A stretch of 64,000 bases of DNA, taken from Candidatus Nealsonbacteria bacterium (GTDB lineage: Bacteria > Patescibacteriota > Minisyncoccia > Minisyncoccales > JANBVM01). Shown here piece after piece: positions 31,569 through 41,363 of the stretch (its first letter is position 1; each line of letters opens with the position of its first letter). Below the pieces are notes generated by a model. The model was given only the letters and a program-made list of their open reading frames with translations, searched no databases and was not told the origin of the DNA. The translations under genes and the position numbers were made by a program. The DNA lies in the NCBI GenBank assembly GCA_047456315.1, contig CP179889.1:512776-576775 (forward strand), read 5' to 3'.

Positions 31569-32987
31569 TTATTTTTCTAAAAATTCAGCTACTTTAATAA
31601 TCTTATCATCTTCAAAAGATTTTCCAATAACCTGAAGACCTACAGGAAGATTATCGGTTTCCCCGCAAGGCACTGAGATTGCTGGCAGTCCTGCTAATTT
31701 AACTGGAGCAGTAAAAATATCAGCCAGATACATCTCTAAAGGATTCTCTGTTTTTTCTTCTAACTTAAAAGCAGGAGTTGGAGTAGTGGGTGTAAAAATA
31801 ACATCAACCTGGCTGAAAGCTTTTTCAAAATCCTTTTTTATTAACTGCCTTACTTTCTGCGCCCTTAAATAATATGCTTCATAATAACCGGAAGACAAGG
31901 CAAAAGTTCCTATCATAATTCTTCTTTTTACTTCATTTCCGAAACCAGCCCCCCTGCTGTCCAGATAAACATCCAATAATTCCTTATTATCAGACAAAGA
32001 TAAGCCATACTTTATGCCATCATATCTGGCTAAATTTGCACTTGCCTCAGAGGGATTAATAATATAATAACAAGCTACTGCATATTTTGTCAGCGGCAGA
32101 TTAATTTCTTTAATCTTTGCACCTAATCTCTCGTATTTATTTATTGCTTGTTTTACTAATTCCAACACTCCTTTATCAATGCCCTCAATAAAATATTCTT
32201 TGGGAATTCCAATAACCAAACCCTTAATTGTTTCAATATCTGAATCAATAAGCAGTTTATTATTTACGCTTGTTGAATCCAGTTCATCTTTTCCCCTGAT
32301 AATATCAAAAACAATCTTACAATCTTCAACTGTTTTTGTTATTGGTCCTATTTGGTCTAAGGAAGATGCCAGCGCAATCAATCCATAACGGGACACTGCT
32401 CCATATGTTGGACTAAGTCCTACTGCCCCGCAAAACGAAGCTGGCTGCCTGACTGATCCTCCTGTATCAGAGCCCAAAGCAAAATGGCAAAAATTTTTAG
32501 CTACAGCAGCAGCTGAACCGCCGGAAGAACCGCCTGGAACCCTGGTTAAATCTTTTGGGTTTTTTGTTGGCCCAAAAGCAGAGTTTTCAGTAGAAGCGCC
32601 CATTGCAAATTCATCAAGGTTTGTTTTTCCCAGAACTATAACACCCTGTTTTTTTAATCTTTTAATACAGGTAGCGTTATAAGGGGCAATGTAGTTTTCA
32701 AGTATGTTAGATCCAGCAGTAGCTCTTGTCCCTTTAACTAAAATATTGTCTTTTACTGCTGCCAGAACTCCAGCAAGTAAAGGAATCTGCTTTTTTGAAG
32801 CAATTATTTTATCTGTTTCTTTTGCCTCTTCCAAGGCTTTGTCCTCAGAAAGAGTTAAAAAAGCATTAATGTCTTTATCCTCTTTTTTAATCTTTTCTAA
32901 ATGAGCTTTTGTTAATTCTAAAACAGAAAAGTTTTTATCGAGCAAACCCTGATGAACCTGTTTAATTGTAAGCTCGGTTAAATCCAT
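31569..32987 (-). CDS. gatA: Asp/Glu-tRNA amidotransferase subunit A
   Basis: 472 aa; amidase signature GGSSGGSAAAVA...GSDTGGSVRQPASFCG. Confidence 0.95.
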   Translation of the reverse strand: MDLTELTIKQVHQGLLDKNFSVLELTKAHLEKIKKEDKDINAFLTLSEDKALEEAKETDKIIASKKQIPLLAGVLAAVKDNILVKGTRATAGSNILENYIAPYNATCIKRLKKQGVIVLGKTNLDEFAMGASTENSAFGPTKNPKDLTRVPGGSSGGSAAAVAKNFCHFALGSDTGGSVRQPASFCGAVGLSPTYGAVSRYGLIALASSLDQIGPITKTVEDCKIVFDIIRGKDELDSTSVNNKLLIDSDIETIKGLVIGIPKEYFIEGIDKGVLELVKQAINKYERLGAKIKEINLPLTKYAVACYYIINPSEASANLARYDGIKYGLSLSDNKELLDVYLDSRGAGFGNEVKRRIMIGTFALSSGYYEAYYLRAQKVRQLIKKDFEKAFSQVDVIFTPTTPTPAFKLEEKTENPLEMYLADIFTAPVKLAGLPAISVPCGETDNLPVGLQVIGKSFEDDKIIKVAEFLEK

Positions 32988-32990
32988 GGT

Positions 32991-33278
32991 TTAAAGAATC
33001 TTTTTTGTTCTTAAATAATTATCTTTTTTCTCAGGCATTAAATCTATCAGTAAAGAGGTTTCTTCAATTGATTTTTTAAAACACTTATCCTCTCTTGTCG
33101 TGCCATATAATTTTATCAGTCCTTTTTTCAAATCAACTTTTGAGATATCAACTTCTTTGAGCTGTTCAATATAATCCAAAATTAAAGAAAGTTCTTTCTG
33201 GAACTTTACAATCTCATCTTTAGTTAGTTTAATTCTTGCCAATTTAGCAATATGTTTAACTTCTTTTTTAGAAATCAT
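32991..33278 (-). CDS. gatC: Asp/Glu-tRNA amidotransferase subunit C
   Basis: 95 aa; VKHIAKLARIKLTKDEIVKFQKELSLILDYIEQL; position upstream of gatA. Confidence 0.88.
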   Translation of the reverse strand: MISKKEVKHIAKLARIKLTKDEIVKFQKELSLILDYIEQLKEVDISKVDLKKGLIKLYGTTREDKCFKKSIEETSLLIDLMPEKKDNYLRTKKIL

Positions 33279-33290
33279 GATTTTTAAACT

Positions 33291-34343
33291 TTACCTTGGT
33301 GGCTCAAGCTCCCATGTTTCCACCAATACTTCATCTAAATCATCTAAATTCTCCAAGACCATACCAGCGCCACGAACAACTGCTGTTATTGGGTCTTCAA
33401 TAATCTTTGTTAGAATCCTTGTTTCTTTCTGAATTAAAAGATCTAGCCCATCTAAAAGAGAACCACCGCCTGCCATATAAATACCATTAACCATTATGTC
33501 AGCTATTAATTCTGGAGGAGTTTCTTCAATAGCTGTTTTTATTTCATCAACAATCACCCTGACAGATTTTTCTATTGCTCTTTTAATGTCTTTATTTGAA
33601 ACTATAACCTCTTCAGGCAAACCAGTAACAATATTTCTTCCTCTCATTGGCATTTCTTTCTTTTCTTTTGTAGGATAAGCAGAACCAATAGCAATTTTAA
33701 TCGTTTCTGCTGTTCTTTCACCTATCAAAAGCTTGTACTCCTCCTGAGCAAAACGGATTATGTCTTCATTTAATCTATCTCCTGCTACTCTTAAGCTTTT
33801 TGAGAGCACTATTCCACCTAATGAAATTACTGCCACTTCAGTTGTCCCGCCTCCAATATCAACAAGAAAATTACCCCCTGCTTCCTGAACAGGCAAACGC
33901 GCGCCAATTGCACTTGCCATTGCTTCTTCGATCAAAAACACCTCTCTTGCTCCAGCTGATTTAGTAGCATCAATAACTGCTTTTTTCTCTACTTCTGTAA
34001 CTCCAGAAGGAATACCAATAATTGTTCTGGGCCTGATTAGTTTTTTCTCCCGTGATTTTTCTAAGAAATACCGAAGCATCTGTTCAGTAACTTCAAAATC
34101 AGAAATCACTCCTGCTCTCAAAGGCCTGGTAGCAACAATATGAGACGGAGTTCTTCCTACCATTTTTTTAGCCTCTAATCCTATCGCTAAAATCTGTCCT
34201 GTTTTTTTATTAATTGCCACTACAGAGGGCTCTTGAATTACAATTCCCCTTCCATGAACATAAACCACAGAATTAGCAGTTCCTAAATCAATTGCAATGT
34301 CTTCTGAGAATTGCTGAAAAAATTTCTTAAACATTAAATTCAA
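33291..34343 (-). CDS. mreB: Rod shape-determining actin homologue MreB (paralogue 1)
   Basis: 350 aa; IAIDLGTANSVVYV, VDIGGGTTEVAVISLGG, YMAGGGSLLDGLD. Confidence 0.93.
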   Translation of the reverse strand: MNLMFKKFFQQFSEDIAIDLGTANSVVYVHGRGIVIQEPSVVAINKKTGQILAIGLEAKKMVGRTPSHIVATRPLRAGVISDFEVTEQMLRYFLEKSREKKLIRPRTIIGIPSGVTEVEKKAVIDATKSAGAREVFLIEEAMASAIGARLPVQEAGGNFLVDIGGGTTEVAVISLGGIVLSKSLRVAGDRLNEDIIRFAQEEYKLLIGERTAETIKIAIGSAYPTKEKKEMPMRGRNIVTGLPEEVIVSNKDIKRAIEKSVRVIVDEIKTAIEETPPELIADIMVNGIYMAGGGSLLDGLDLLIQKETRILTKIIEDPITAVVRGAGMVLENLDDLDEVLVETWELEPPR

Positions 34344-35581
34344 CTTAGTAAATATTTTATTAATTTATTAACTTTTACCAAGCTTACCTTTTTCTCTTTT
34401 CTTTTCTTTATTTCAACAGAATTATTTTTTAAAGTTTTTTTAGAAACAACAATTCTTAATGGAGTCCCAATTAAATCACAATCCACAAACTTTTCTCCAG
34501 CTGATTTATTCTTTCTATCGTCATACAGCACCTCGATTCCTGCCTCCTGTAAATCTTTATACAATTTCTTTGACACTTTTACCACATTTGCGGTATTTTC
34601 AACAGAAATCAGATGAATATCAAAGGGGGCAACTTCTTTGGGCCAGACAATCCCATTCTCATCATTATGAACCTCAGCAATACCTGCTATTAATCTGCCA
34701 AGACCAATTCCATAACAGCCCATTGAAACGAGCTTGCTTTTACCATCTTTATCCTGATAATAAAGGTTCATTGCTTTGCTGTATTTTGTTCCTAGATAGA
34801 AAACATGACCAAGCTCAATTGATTCTTTAATCTCCAGTAGTCCTCCGCAATGAGGACACTTTTTTGCGCTTTTAACCAGTTCAGTGTTCACTGCATAGCT
34901 GCATTTTTTACAAACCAAAATCTTATCTTCACCAACTTTAGATAAAACCATAAATTCATGAGAAAGCTTGCCGCCAATAGTTCCAGTACTTGCCTCAACG
35001 CAAACTACCTTCAGCCCGCATCTTTTAAAAATCTTGAAATATGCTTTTTTAACCTTCTCATAAAAAACACCTGAATCATGTTTATTAAGCTGAAAATCAT
35101 ACAAGTCCTTCATTAAAAACTCTCTTGTTCTTAGCAGGCCTCCTGTTGCCCTCATTTCATTTCTGAATTTGTTCTGAATCTGAAAAAGAGCGAAAGGTAA
35201 ATCATGATAGGATTTAACTCTTTTTCTGGCAATATCAACCATTTCTTCTTCATGAGTAGGACCAAGCGCAATCTGCTTATTGTGCCTATCTTTTAACTTA
35301 AACAAAGGAGGATCAATATTATCCCAGCGATCAGTCTCCTCCCAAAGCCTTTTATCCTGCAAAGCTGGTAAAAGTATTTCCTGCGCCCCTAAATCATTCA
35401 TTTCCTCTCTAATAATATTTTCAATCTTTTTAAGAATTAGAAAACCTAAAGGTAAAAATCTATAAACACCACTGATTGATTGTTCAATAAAATCGCCTTT
35501 AATTAAATATTTATGGCTTATAGTTGAAATACCTTTTGATATTGTTTTTTTAGTTTTAGCTAAAAGTTTTGATTGTTTCAT
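34340..35581 (-). CDS. proS: Prolyl-tRNA synthetase, minimal form (INS editing domain replaced by a CxxC..CxxC knuckle)
   Basis: 413 aa; GVYRFLPLG, FRNEMRATGGLLRTREFLMKDLY, GCYGIGLGRL. CKKCSYAV...CPHCGG at residues 224-245. Confidence 0.9.
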   Translation of the reverse strand: MKQSKLLAKTKKTISKGISTISHKYLIKGDFIEQSISGVYRFLPLGFLILKKIENIIREEMNDLGAQEILLPALQDKRLWEETDRWDNIDPPLFKLKDRHNKQIALGPTHEEEMVDIARKRVKSYHDLPFALFQIQNKFRNEMRATGGLLRTREFLMKDLYDFQLNKHDSGVFYEKVKKAYFKIFKRCGLKVVCVEASTGTIGGKLSHEFMVLSKVGEDKILVCKKCSYAVNTELVKSAKKCPHCGGLLEIKESIELGHVFYLGTKYSKAMNLYYQDKDGKSKLVSMGCYGIGLGRLIAGIAEVHNDENGIVWPKEVAPFDIHLISVENTANVVKVSKKLYKDLQEAGIEVLYDDRKNKSAGEKFVDCDLIGTPLRIVVSKKTLKNNSVEIKKRKEKKVSLVKVNKLIKYLLS

Positions 35582-35586
35582 GATTT

Positions 35587-36666
35587 TTAAAATATACGAG
35601 AAATATCATTGATTGTTACAAAAATCATTAGAATTATCAGCAGCATAAAAAAAACTGCTGTGATATTCTGTTCTATCTTTTCGGGAATAGGTTTTTTCCT
35701 TACTGCTTCAATGGTTAAAAACATCAATCTCCCCCCGTCAACAGCTGGAATCGGCATTAAATTAAAAACAGCTAAATAAATTGAAATCATGGCTAAGAAA
35801 TTCAAATAATAAACGACTCCTAATTCCTGGGCTTGGGCCAGCATCTGAAAAACCCCAATCGGTCCTGTCATCTGAACTCCAGAAGGATCACCAACAATAA
35901 CGTTTTTTATAGCTTTAGCGTAGCCGCCAATAATACCTATAGTTAAATCACCTGTAGTCACAATCCCCTCCCAAACAGCCAAATACAAAGGAGACTTTTT
36001 AATTGCAGTTCTAGTCAGAGCAATTCCCATTGCCCCTTCTCCAGAAGGTGGAGATACTCTGGGTGTCAGTGAAAAATAAAGAATCTCTTTTCCTCTTTCA
36101 ATTGTTAAACTAATTTCTTGACCCAAATAATTATTTGTAAAATCCTGTATTTGTTTTGTTTTCTCTGGAACAACCTTATCATCTAAAAAAGACAGCTCTT
36201 TAATTGTGTCACCAACCCTTAACCCTGCAATTTCAGCTGGTGAGTCCTTGGCCAGTCCAACAATCTGAACTTTAGGATCAATTAAATTACCAGCAGTTTC
36301 GTCATCAATTGCTACCGGCGCTCCAAGAGCAAAAACAACACTAAAAATTACTGCAGCAATTACCCAAAAAGATAATACTCCGCCTAAAACAATTAAAATT
36401 CTTTTTGAAACTGGTTGATTAGAAAAACTATCTGCACTATCTTTTTTTTCAATCTCGCCTGGCAGCCTCACAAAGGCCCCGAATGGCAAAAGATTTAAGG
36501 AATAAACGGTCTCCCCTATTTTCTTTCCAAATATCCTTGGAGGATAACCTATGCCAAACTCCTCCACCTTAACCCCAAACTTTTTTGCAAACAAAAAATG
36601 ACCAAATTCATGAAGAACTATCAATCCCATAAGACTAAAAAAAGCAATGATTATTGTTGCAATCAT
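35587..36666 (-). CDS. rseP: Site-2 protease RseP (M50 zinc metalloprotease with PDZ domain)
   Basis: 359 aa; HEFGHFLFAKKFGVKVEEFGIGYPP and NLMPIPAVDGG. Confidence 0.9.
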   Translation of the reverse strand: MIATIIIAFFSLMGLIVLHEFGHFLFAKKFGVKVEEFGIGYPPRIFGKKIGETVYSLNLLPFGAFVRLPGEIEKKDSADSFSNQPVSKRILIVLGGVLSFWVIAAVIFSVVFALGAPVAIDDETAGNLIDPKVQIVGLAKDSPAEIAGLRVGDTIKELSFLDDKVVPEKTKQIQDFTNNYLGQEISLTIERGKEILYFSLTPRVSPPSGEGAMGIALTRTAIKKSPLYLAVWEGIVTTGDLTIGIIGGYAKAIKNVIVGDPSGVQMTGPIGVFQMLAQAQELGVVYYLNFLAMISIYLAVFNLMPIPAVDGGRLMFLTIEAVRKKPIPEKIEQNITAVFFMLLIILMIFVTINDISRIF

Positions 36667-36673
36667 AAATAAA

Positions 36674-37249
36674 TTAAATTTCTATTTCCTTTTTTTTATT
36701 CTCTATCATTTTTTCAACCTTTTCATTATGCTCATCTATTAACTCCTGGAGCTTGTCCTTGCCTTTGAATTTGTCATCTTCGCTTATCTTCCCGTCTTTT
36801 TCTGCATCCTGAATTTCTCTCCAGGCCTCATCTCTCCATTTTCTGATTGTTCTTTTAACTATTTCTTGTTTTTCAGAAGTAAAATGAATCAAATCTTTTC
36901 TGAACTCCTCGCTTAAAGAAGGCAAATGAATTCTAATTATATTTTTATCAACAACTGGAGACGCACCAATGCTGGTATTTTTCTCCAGGGCCTTAACAAT
37001 CTCTTCAATATATGATTTATCCCAGGGCTGAATCACAATCTCTCTTGATTTAGGAATGCTTATTGTTGCTAACTGTTTTAAAGGGAATCTCTGGCCAAAA
37101 CAATCTACCTCAATATTTTCAACTAAAGAAGGACTTGCCCTTTCTGTTCTTATCTTCTGCAGTTCTTTCTCTAAAAAACCAATGGATTTCTCCAGTTTAG
37201 GATTTATTTTATCAATAATATCTTTATAAGAAACTTTATCATCTGCCAT
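36674..37249 (-). CDS. frr: Ribosome recycling factor
   Basis: 191 aa; RTERASPSLVENIEVDCFG...IRIHLPSLSEE. Confidence 0.92.
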   Translation of the reverse strand: MADDKVSYKDIIDKINPKLEKSIGFLEKELQKIRTERASPSLVENIEVDCFGQRFPLKQLATISIPKSREIVIQPWDKSYIEEIVKALEKNTSIGASPVVDKNIIRIHLPSLSEEFRKDLIHFTSEKQEIVKRTIRKWRDEAWREIQDAEKDGKISEDDKFKGKDKLQELIDEHNEKVEKMIENKKKEIEI

Positions 37250-37271
37250 AAGCTTAAAATTAAATTAGTGA

Positions 37272-38120
37272 TTAGAATTCCATCATCAGCACTTCCAGGG
37301 CTAATCTTGTATTAATATTTGTGGTGGAAAGAAGAAACATTGTTCTTTCTAAATTATTAAGAATCTTCCTTGTTTTAGACATTAAAGATGAATTAGAGCA
37401 AGCTATCAGCTTTTTCCTGAAATAAGACAGCCAAACAGATAATGTTTCTTTTAAATCATCATTTTCTGAAAGCTCTTTTGCGTACTGAAAACGTAAATAT
37501 ATTGGTGATTTAATAACATTAACCAGCTCACTTATTTTCTTTTGTCTTTTTTGCAGCTCTTCTGGATTTTTTAAAAAATCAACTGCAACACCAGGCCTCC
37601 CCAAACAAATCTGAGTTATTTCTTTAATTTGCTCTTGCTTGAGTTTTTTAACCTTCAAATAATCACTTATCTCGCTTATTGCTACTGGATAAAATTTAAT
37701 TGTCTGGCATCTTGATATAATAGTTGGCAAAAGAAATTTCGGGCGCTCTGTAATTAAAATGAGCAAGGATTTATTTTTGGGTTCTTCTAAAGTTTTTAAA
37801 AAACAATTCTGAGCCTGTCTTGTCATTGAATGAGCCTGGTCAATAACAACTGACAGAAGCGGTGCTTTCACTGGTTTTAAAGATAATCTCCAATTGATAT
37901 CTCTTATCTGATTAATTTGGATCTGACGCCCCTCTGGAACAATTAAAGAAAAGTCTGGATGATGAAAGATATTTTCCTTAAAAATTGAAGAAATAAGTTC
38001 AAAAGCTATTTTCTTTTTTCCAAGCTTCTCGCTGCCGGTAAATAGCAATGCATGAGGAATATCCTCTGTCTCAACTATTTTTTTAAAAAATTCCTGTTGT
38101 TTTTTATGACCAATTATCAT
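37272..38120 (-). CDS. holB: DNA polymerase III delta' subunit
   Basis: 282 aa; IPHALLFTGSEKLGKKKIA, AQNCFLKTLEEP, ISRCQ. Confidence 0.8.
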   Translation of the reverse strand: MIIGHKKQQEFFKKIVETEDIPHALLFTGSEKLGKKKIAFELISSIFKENIFHHPDFSLIVPEGRQIQINQIRDINWRLSLKPVKAPLLSVVIDQAHSMTRQAQNCFLKTLEEPKNKSLLILITERPKFLLPTIISRCQTIKFYPVAISEISDYLKVKKLKQEQIKEITQICLGRPGVAVDFLKNPEELQKRQKKISELVNVIKSPIYLRFQYAKELSENDDLKETLSVWLSYFRKKLIACSNSSLMSKTRKILNNLERTMFLLSTTNINTRLALEVLMMEF

Positions 38121-38133
38121 AATAAAGGATTGG

Positions 38134-39138
38134 CTACTTTTTACTCATTATGCTCTTTTTATACATATCAAGATTCGACAGCATAGAACCAGCTCCTTTG
38201 GCTACACAAAGCAAAGATTCATCAGCACAAACAGCTGGCACTCCAACTAATTTTTCAATCATTTGAGGCATGTTTCTGAGCAGCGCTCCTCCTCCAGTTA
38301 AAATCATACCTTTATTAATTATATCAGCTGAAAGCTCTGGAGGCGTATCACGAAGCACTGATTTAATTGCCTGTATAATTTCTGCAAGAATGTCAGAAAT
38401 TGCCTCACAAACATCATTTGAGGAAATAATAATATTCTTAGGCAGACCCATAACTATGTCTCTGCCTCTAATTTCCATCTTTTCTTCAGATTTTTCCTTG
38501 TCAAAAAGAGCAGTTCCAATCTTAATCTTTATTTCTTCTGCAGTCTGCTCTCCAATCGCCAGATTGTATTTTTTCTTAATAAAATCAGTAATAGCAAAAT
38601 CCATCTTATCGCCTGCCACTCTTATTGAATGGAAATTAACAACGCCACCCAAAGAAATCACTGCTGCTTCAGTTGTCCCGCCCCCAATATCAACAACCAT
38701 ATTTCCAGAGCAACTATTAATAGGCACTCCAGCACCAATAGCCGCCAATATCGGCTCTTTAGCCAAATAAACCTCCCTTGCCCCAGCATTCAAACCCGCT
38801 TCAATTACTGCTCTTTTCTCAGTAGAAGTAATGCCTACTGGAATACCAACCATTAACTCAGGCCTAAAAAACCTGAAGCGACCTATTGCCTTATCAATGA
38901 AATACTTGAGCATTGCTTGAGTTACCCGAAAATCAGCAATCACTCCATCTTTTAAGGGCCTGTAAATTCTAATATTGTCAGGAGTTCTGCCCATCATTTC
39001 TTTAGCGCGTCTACCCACAGCCATGATTTCATTCTCAACCAAAGCCACTGCCACCACTGATGGTTCTTGTAAAACTACTCCTTTATTCGGCAGAAACACA
39101 ACCGAATTGCAGGTTCCTAAATCAATACCAATTTTCAT
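38134..39138 (-). CDS. mreB: MreB (paralogue 2)
   Basis: 334 aa; IGIDLGTCNSVVF, VDIGGGTTEAAVISLGG, LTGGGALLRN. Confidence 0.92.
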   Translation of the reverse strand: MKIGIDLGTCNSVVFLPNKGVVLQEPSVVAVALVENEIMAVGRRAKEMMGRTPDNIRIYRPLKDGVIADFRVTQAMLKYFIDKAIGRFRFFRPELMVGIPVGITSTEKRAVIEAGLNAGAREVYLAKEPILAAIGAGVPINSCSGNMVVDIGGGTTEAAVISLGGVVNFHSIRVAGDKMDFAITDFIKKKYNLAIGEQTAEEIKIKIGTALFDKEKSEEKMEIRGRDIVMGLPKNIIISSNDVCEAISDILAEIIQAIKSVLRDTPPELSADIINKGMILTGGGALLRNMPQMIEKLVGVPAVCADESLLCVAKGAGSMLSNLDMYKKSIMSKK

Positions 39139-39265
39139 AATTAAAAAGCATAGTTGTCTTAACTTTCAGTTTTAGTATAAGTTAAACTCTTTTATTTTGC
39201 AAACTTTCTCATAATAATATAATAACAAAAGCTTATTAAATAACAGTATAAAGTAAGTAAAAAGC

Positions 39266-39295
39266 TTGCATTGTCTCAAGAACTAAATATATAAT
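39266..39295 (+). promoter_or_regulatory. Sigma70-like promoter (TTGCAT-18-TATAAT), -10 ends 7 nt before the ATG
   Basis: TTGCAT 39266-39271, TATAAT 39290-39295, ATG 39303. Confidence 0.5.
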
Positions 39296-39302
39296 ACTAA
39301 CA

Positions 39303-40577
39303 ATGGAAAAAAGGGTCAGAAGAGTTTTGTTTGTCATATTTTTTTTGATTTTTATTATAGTTGCGCCGATATTAATCCTTTATGTGCAGGGATACAGGTT
39401 TGATTTTGAAAACAAAAAATTAACCCAAACAGGCGGTCTTTTTATTAAAACAACAGCTCCAAAACAAGCAGAGATTTATTTAGATGAAGAATTAATCAGA
39501 AAAACAGATTTCTTTTTTAGCTCTGCTTTAATTGAGAATCTTTTACCTAAAACATATAACATTAAGGTTCAAAAACAAGATTATTATGCTTGGGAAAAGA
39601 ATCTAGAAGTAAAAGAAAAACAGGTTGTTGAGGCCAGAAGTATTGTTCTTCTGCCAAAAGATCCAGAGTTTGAACTTTTAGCAACTGAAGTTGAAAATAT
39701 CTGGTTTTCAGAAGATAAAACCAAAGCAATAATAAAAGAAACTGATAACAATATCTGGACTCTTAAATTATATAATCTGGAAAAAAACGTAAGAAGCCAG
39801 CTAATAAAAGAAACCGATATTTATAAAACTGGGGCTGATTTAATTGATTTGCATTTCACTAATAATGATAATCTTATGCTTCAGGTTGGAAGCAAAGAAC
39901 AAGTAAGTTATTTTGAGCTTGAAATTGACAGTATTCCTCCGCTTCTAACAAAAGCAAAAGCACCCCAGCCCCTTATTGAAGATGCCCTGGCTTATGAGTC
40001 ATTAAATGGAGCTATTTATTACCTTGATTCTTTAGGAGACCTTTACAAAACTAATGCTTCTTTGACAAGCAATGAAAAAATAACCAGCCAAGCTTTCAAT
40101 ATAAGCCAGGAAACCGAATACAAGCTATACATATTTGAAAAAGCTGTTTTTATCCAAGAAGGAAAAACAATCCATCTTTTAAACCAGGAAAAGAAAATAT
40201 TTGAACAGTTTTCTGAAAATATTAAATCTCTAAAGATTTCTCCTGACAAACGAAAGGTGGTATATTTTTCTGATTCAGAAATAAAAATACTGTTTTTAGA
40301 AGAACAAAACTTTCAGCCAAGATTCAGCAAGGGAGAAAATATGTTTTTAATACGCTTATCTGAACCAATAAACGATATTTTTTGGCTGAATTCTGATTAT
40401 TTAATCCTCATAACCAACAACGTATTAAAGATTATTGAAATTGATAACAGAGACAGGGTGAACATTATTGAGATAGTAACAGTCAAAAACCCTGAAATCT
40501 TTTTAAACCGCAAAACAAAAAAATTCTATCTATTGGATAGAGGAAATTTTTTTGTTTCTGAAAAAATAATTATTTAA
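39303..40577 (+). CDS. Membrane-anchored PEGA-domain protein with beta-rich C-terminal region
   Basis: 424 aa; TM helix VLFVIFFLIFIIVAPILILYV. PEGA-like GGLFIKTTAPKQAEIYLDEE...YNIKVQKQDYYAWEKNLEV. Confidence 0.65.
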   Translation: MEKRVRRVLFVIFFLIFIIVAPILILYVQGYRFDFENKKLTQTGGLFIKTTAPKQAEIYLDEELIRKTDFFFSSALIENLLPKTYNIKVQKQDYYAWEKNLEVKEKQVVEARSIVLLPKDPEFELLATEVENIWFSEDKTKAIIKETDNNIWTLKLYNLEKNVRSQLIKETDIYKTGADLIDLHFTNNDNLMLQVGSKEQVSYFELEIDSIPPLLTKAKAPQPLIEDALAYESLNGAIYYLDSLGDLYKTNASLTSNEKITSQAFNISQETEYKLYIFEKAVFIQEGKTIHLLNQEKKIFEQFSENIKSLKISPDKRKVVYFSDSEIKILFLEEQNFQPRFSKGENMFLIRLSEPINDIFWLNSDYLILITNNVLKIIEIDNRDRVNIIEIVTVKNPEIFLNRKTKKFYLLDRGNFFVSEKIII

Positions 40578-41335
40578 GCTTTTTTAGTTTGAATTCTTTT
40601 TTTAAACTGCTCCCACTTAATAGGTTCTCCTCCTGCTGTATGGCAAATTTCCCGGTACTGACAGTACCTGCACTGCCAGTTTTGAGGCCAATCAGCAAGC
40701 CTTGATGGAATTGTATCAGCATCAATCTTTACTTTAAGTTCAGATAATTCTTGAAGCAGTCTTTTAGCCCGGTTTGAATCATAATTTAATATAAATTCCT
40801 TTAATTCCTGAGTGTCTTTGCTCACATAAAGAAGAATCCCCTTTTTAATCTTGAAAAAATGAAGATAAAGCTGAAGCTGGTCAATATTCTCCGGTTTTGC
40901 TGATTCAAGCTTCCTAAAAATCAAACTATTCATGCTTTTAATATCAACAATATATAATTCCTTGCCATCGCTAATTATTGCATCAGCTCTTCCTCCAATT
41001 ATTGTTCTGGGAGGAATATCAACTTCAGAAGCAACAACATGAATGCCTCTGGCGCTAAACAGGGATTTCATAATAAGCATGTGAATATAATCTCCATGGT
41101 CAAATAAACGTAAAATCCTTGCTTCTATTTCTTTTTTAGGAGCATTTTTAAACTTAAAAAACACTGATCTGGAACATTTACCAGCATCAGTGATATAGAA
41201 TCTGGTTTTTTCCCTGTCTTTGTGCCTCTCTAAATAAAATTGATTAATTAAATCTCTGAGCATGATAGTACTTAATATTCTATATTTTCTAAATGAAAAA
41301 CACAATATTATTAAAAAAGACTTGAAATGTTCCAA
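40574..41335 (-). CDS. PD-(D/E)XK nuclease with Cas4-type 4-Cys cluster (orphan Cas4/RecB-like)
   Basis: DAGKC...D..YIVDIKS...CRYCQYREIC (Cx..CxxCx5C). The ATG at 41263 (MLRDLINQFY) is probably the true start, because a TTGTGT-17-TAGAAT promoter-like match lies inside the longer ORF. Confidence 0.7.
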   Translation of the reverse strand: MEHFKSFLIILCFSFRKYRILSTIMLRDLINQFYLERHKDREKTRFYITDAGKCSRSVFFKFKNAPKKEIEARILRLFDHGDYIHMLIMKSLFSARGIHVVASEVDIPPRTIIGGRADAIISDGKELYIVDIKSMNSLIFRKLESAKPENIDQLQLYLHFFKIKKGILLYVSKDTQELKEFILNYDSNRAKRLLQELSELKVKIDADTIPSRLADWPQNWQCRYCQYREICHTAGGEPIKWEQFKKRIQTKKA

Positions 41336-41363
41336 ATCTTTTTCCTTAAATGCTTAATAGAGA

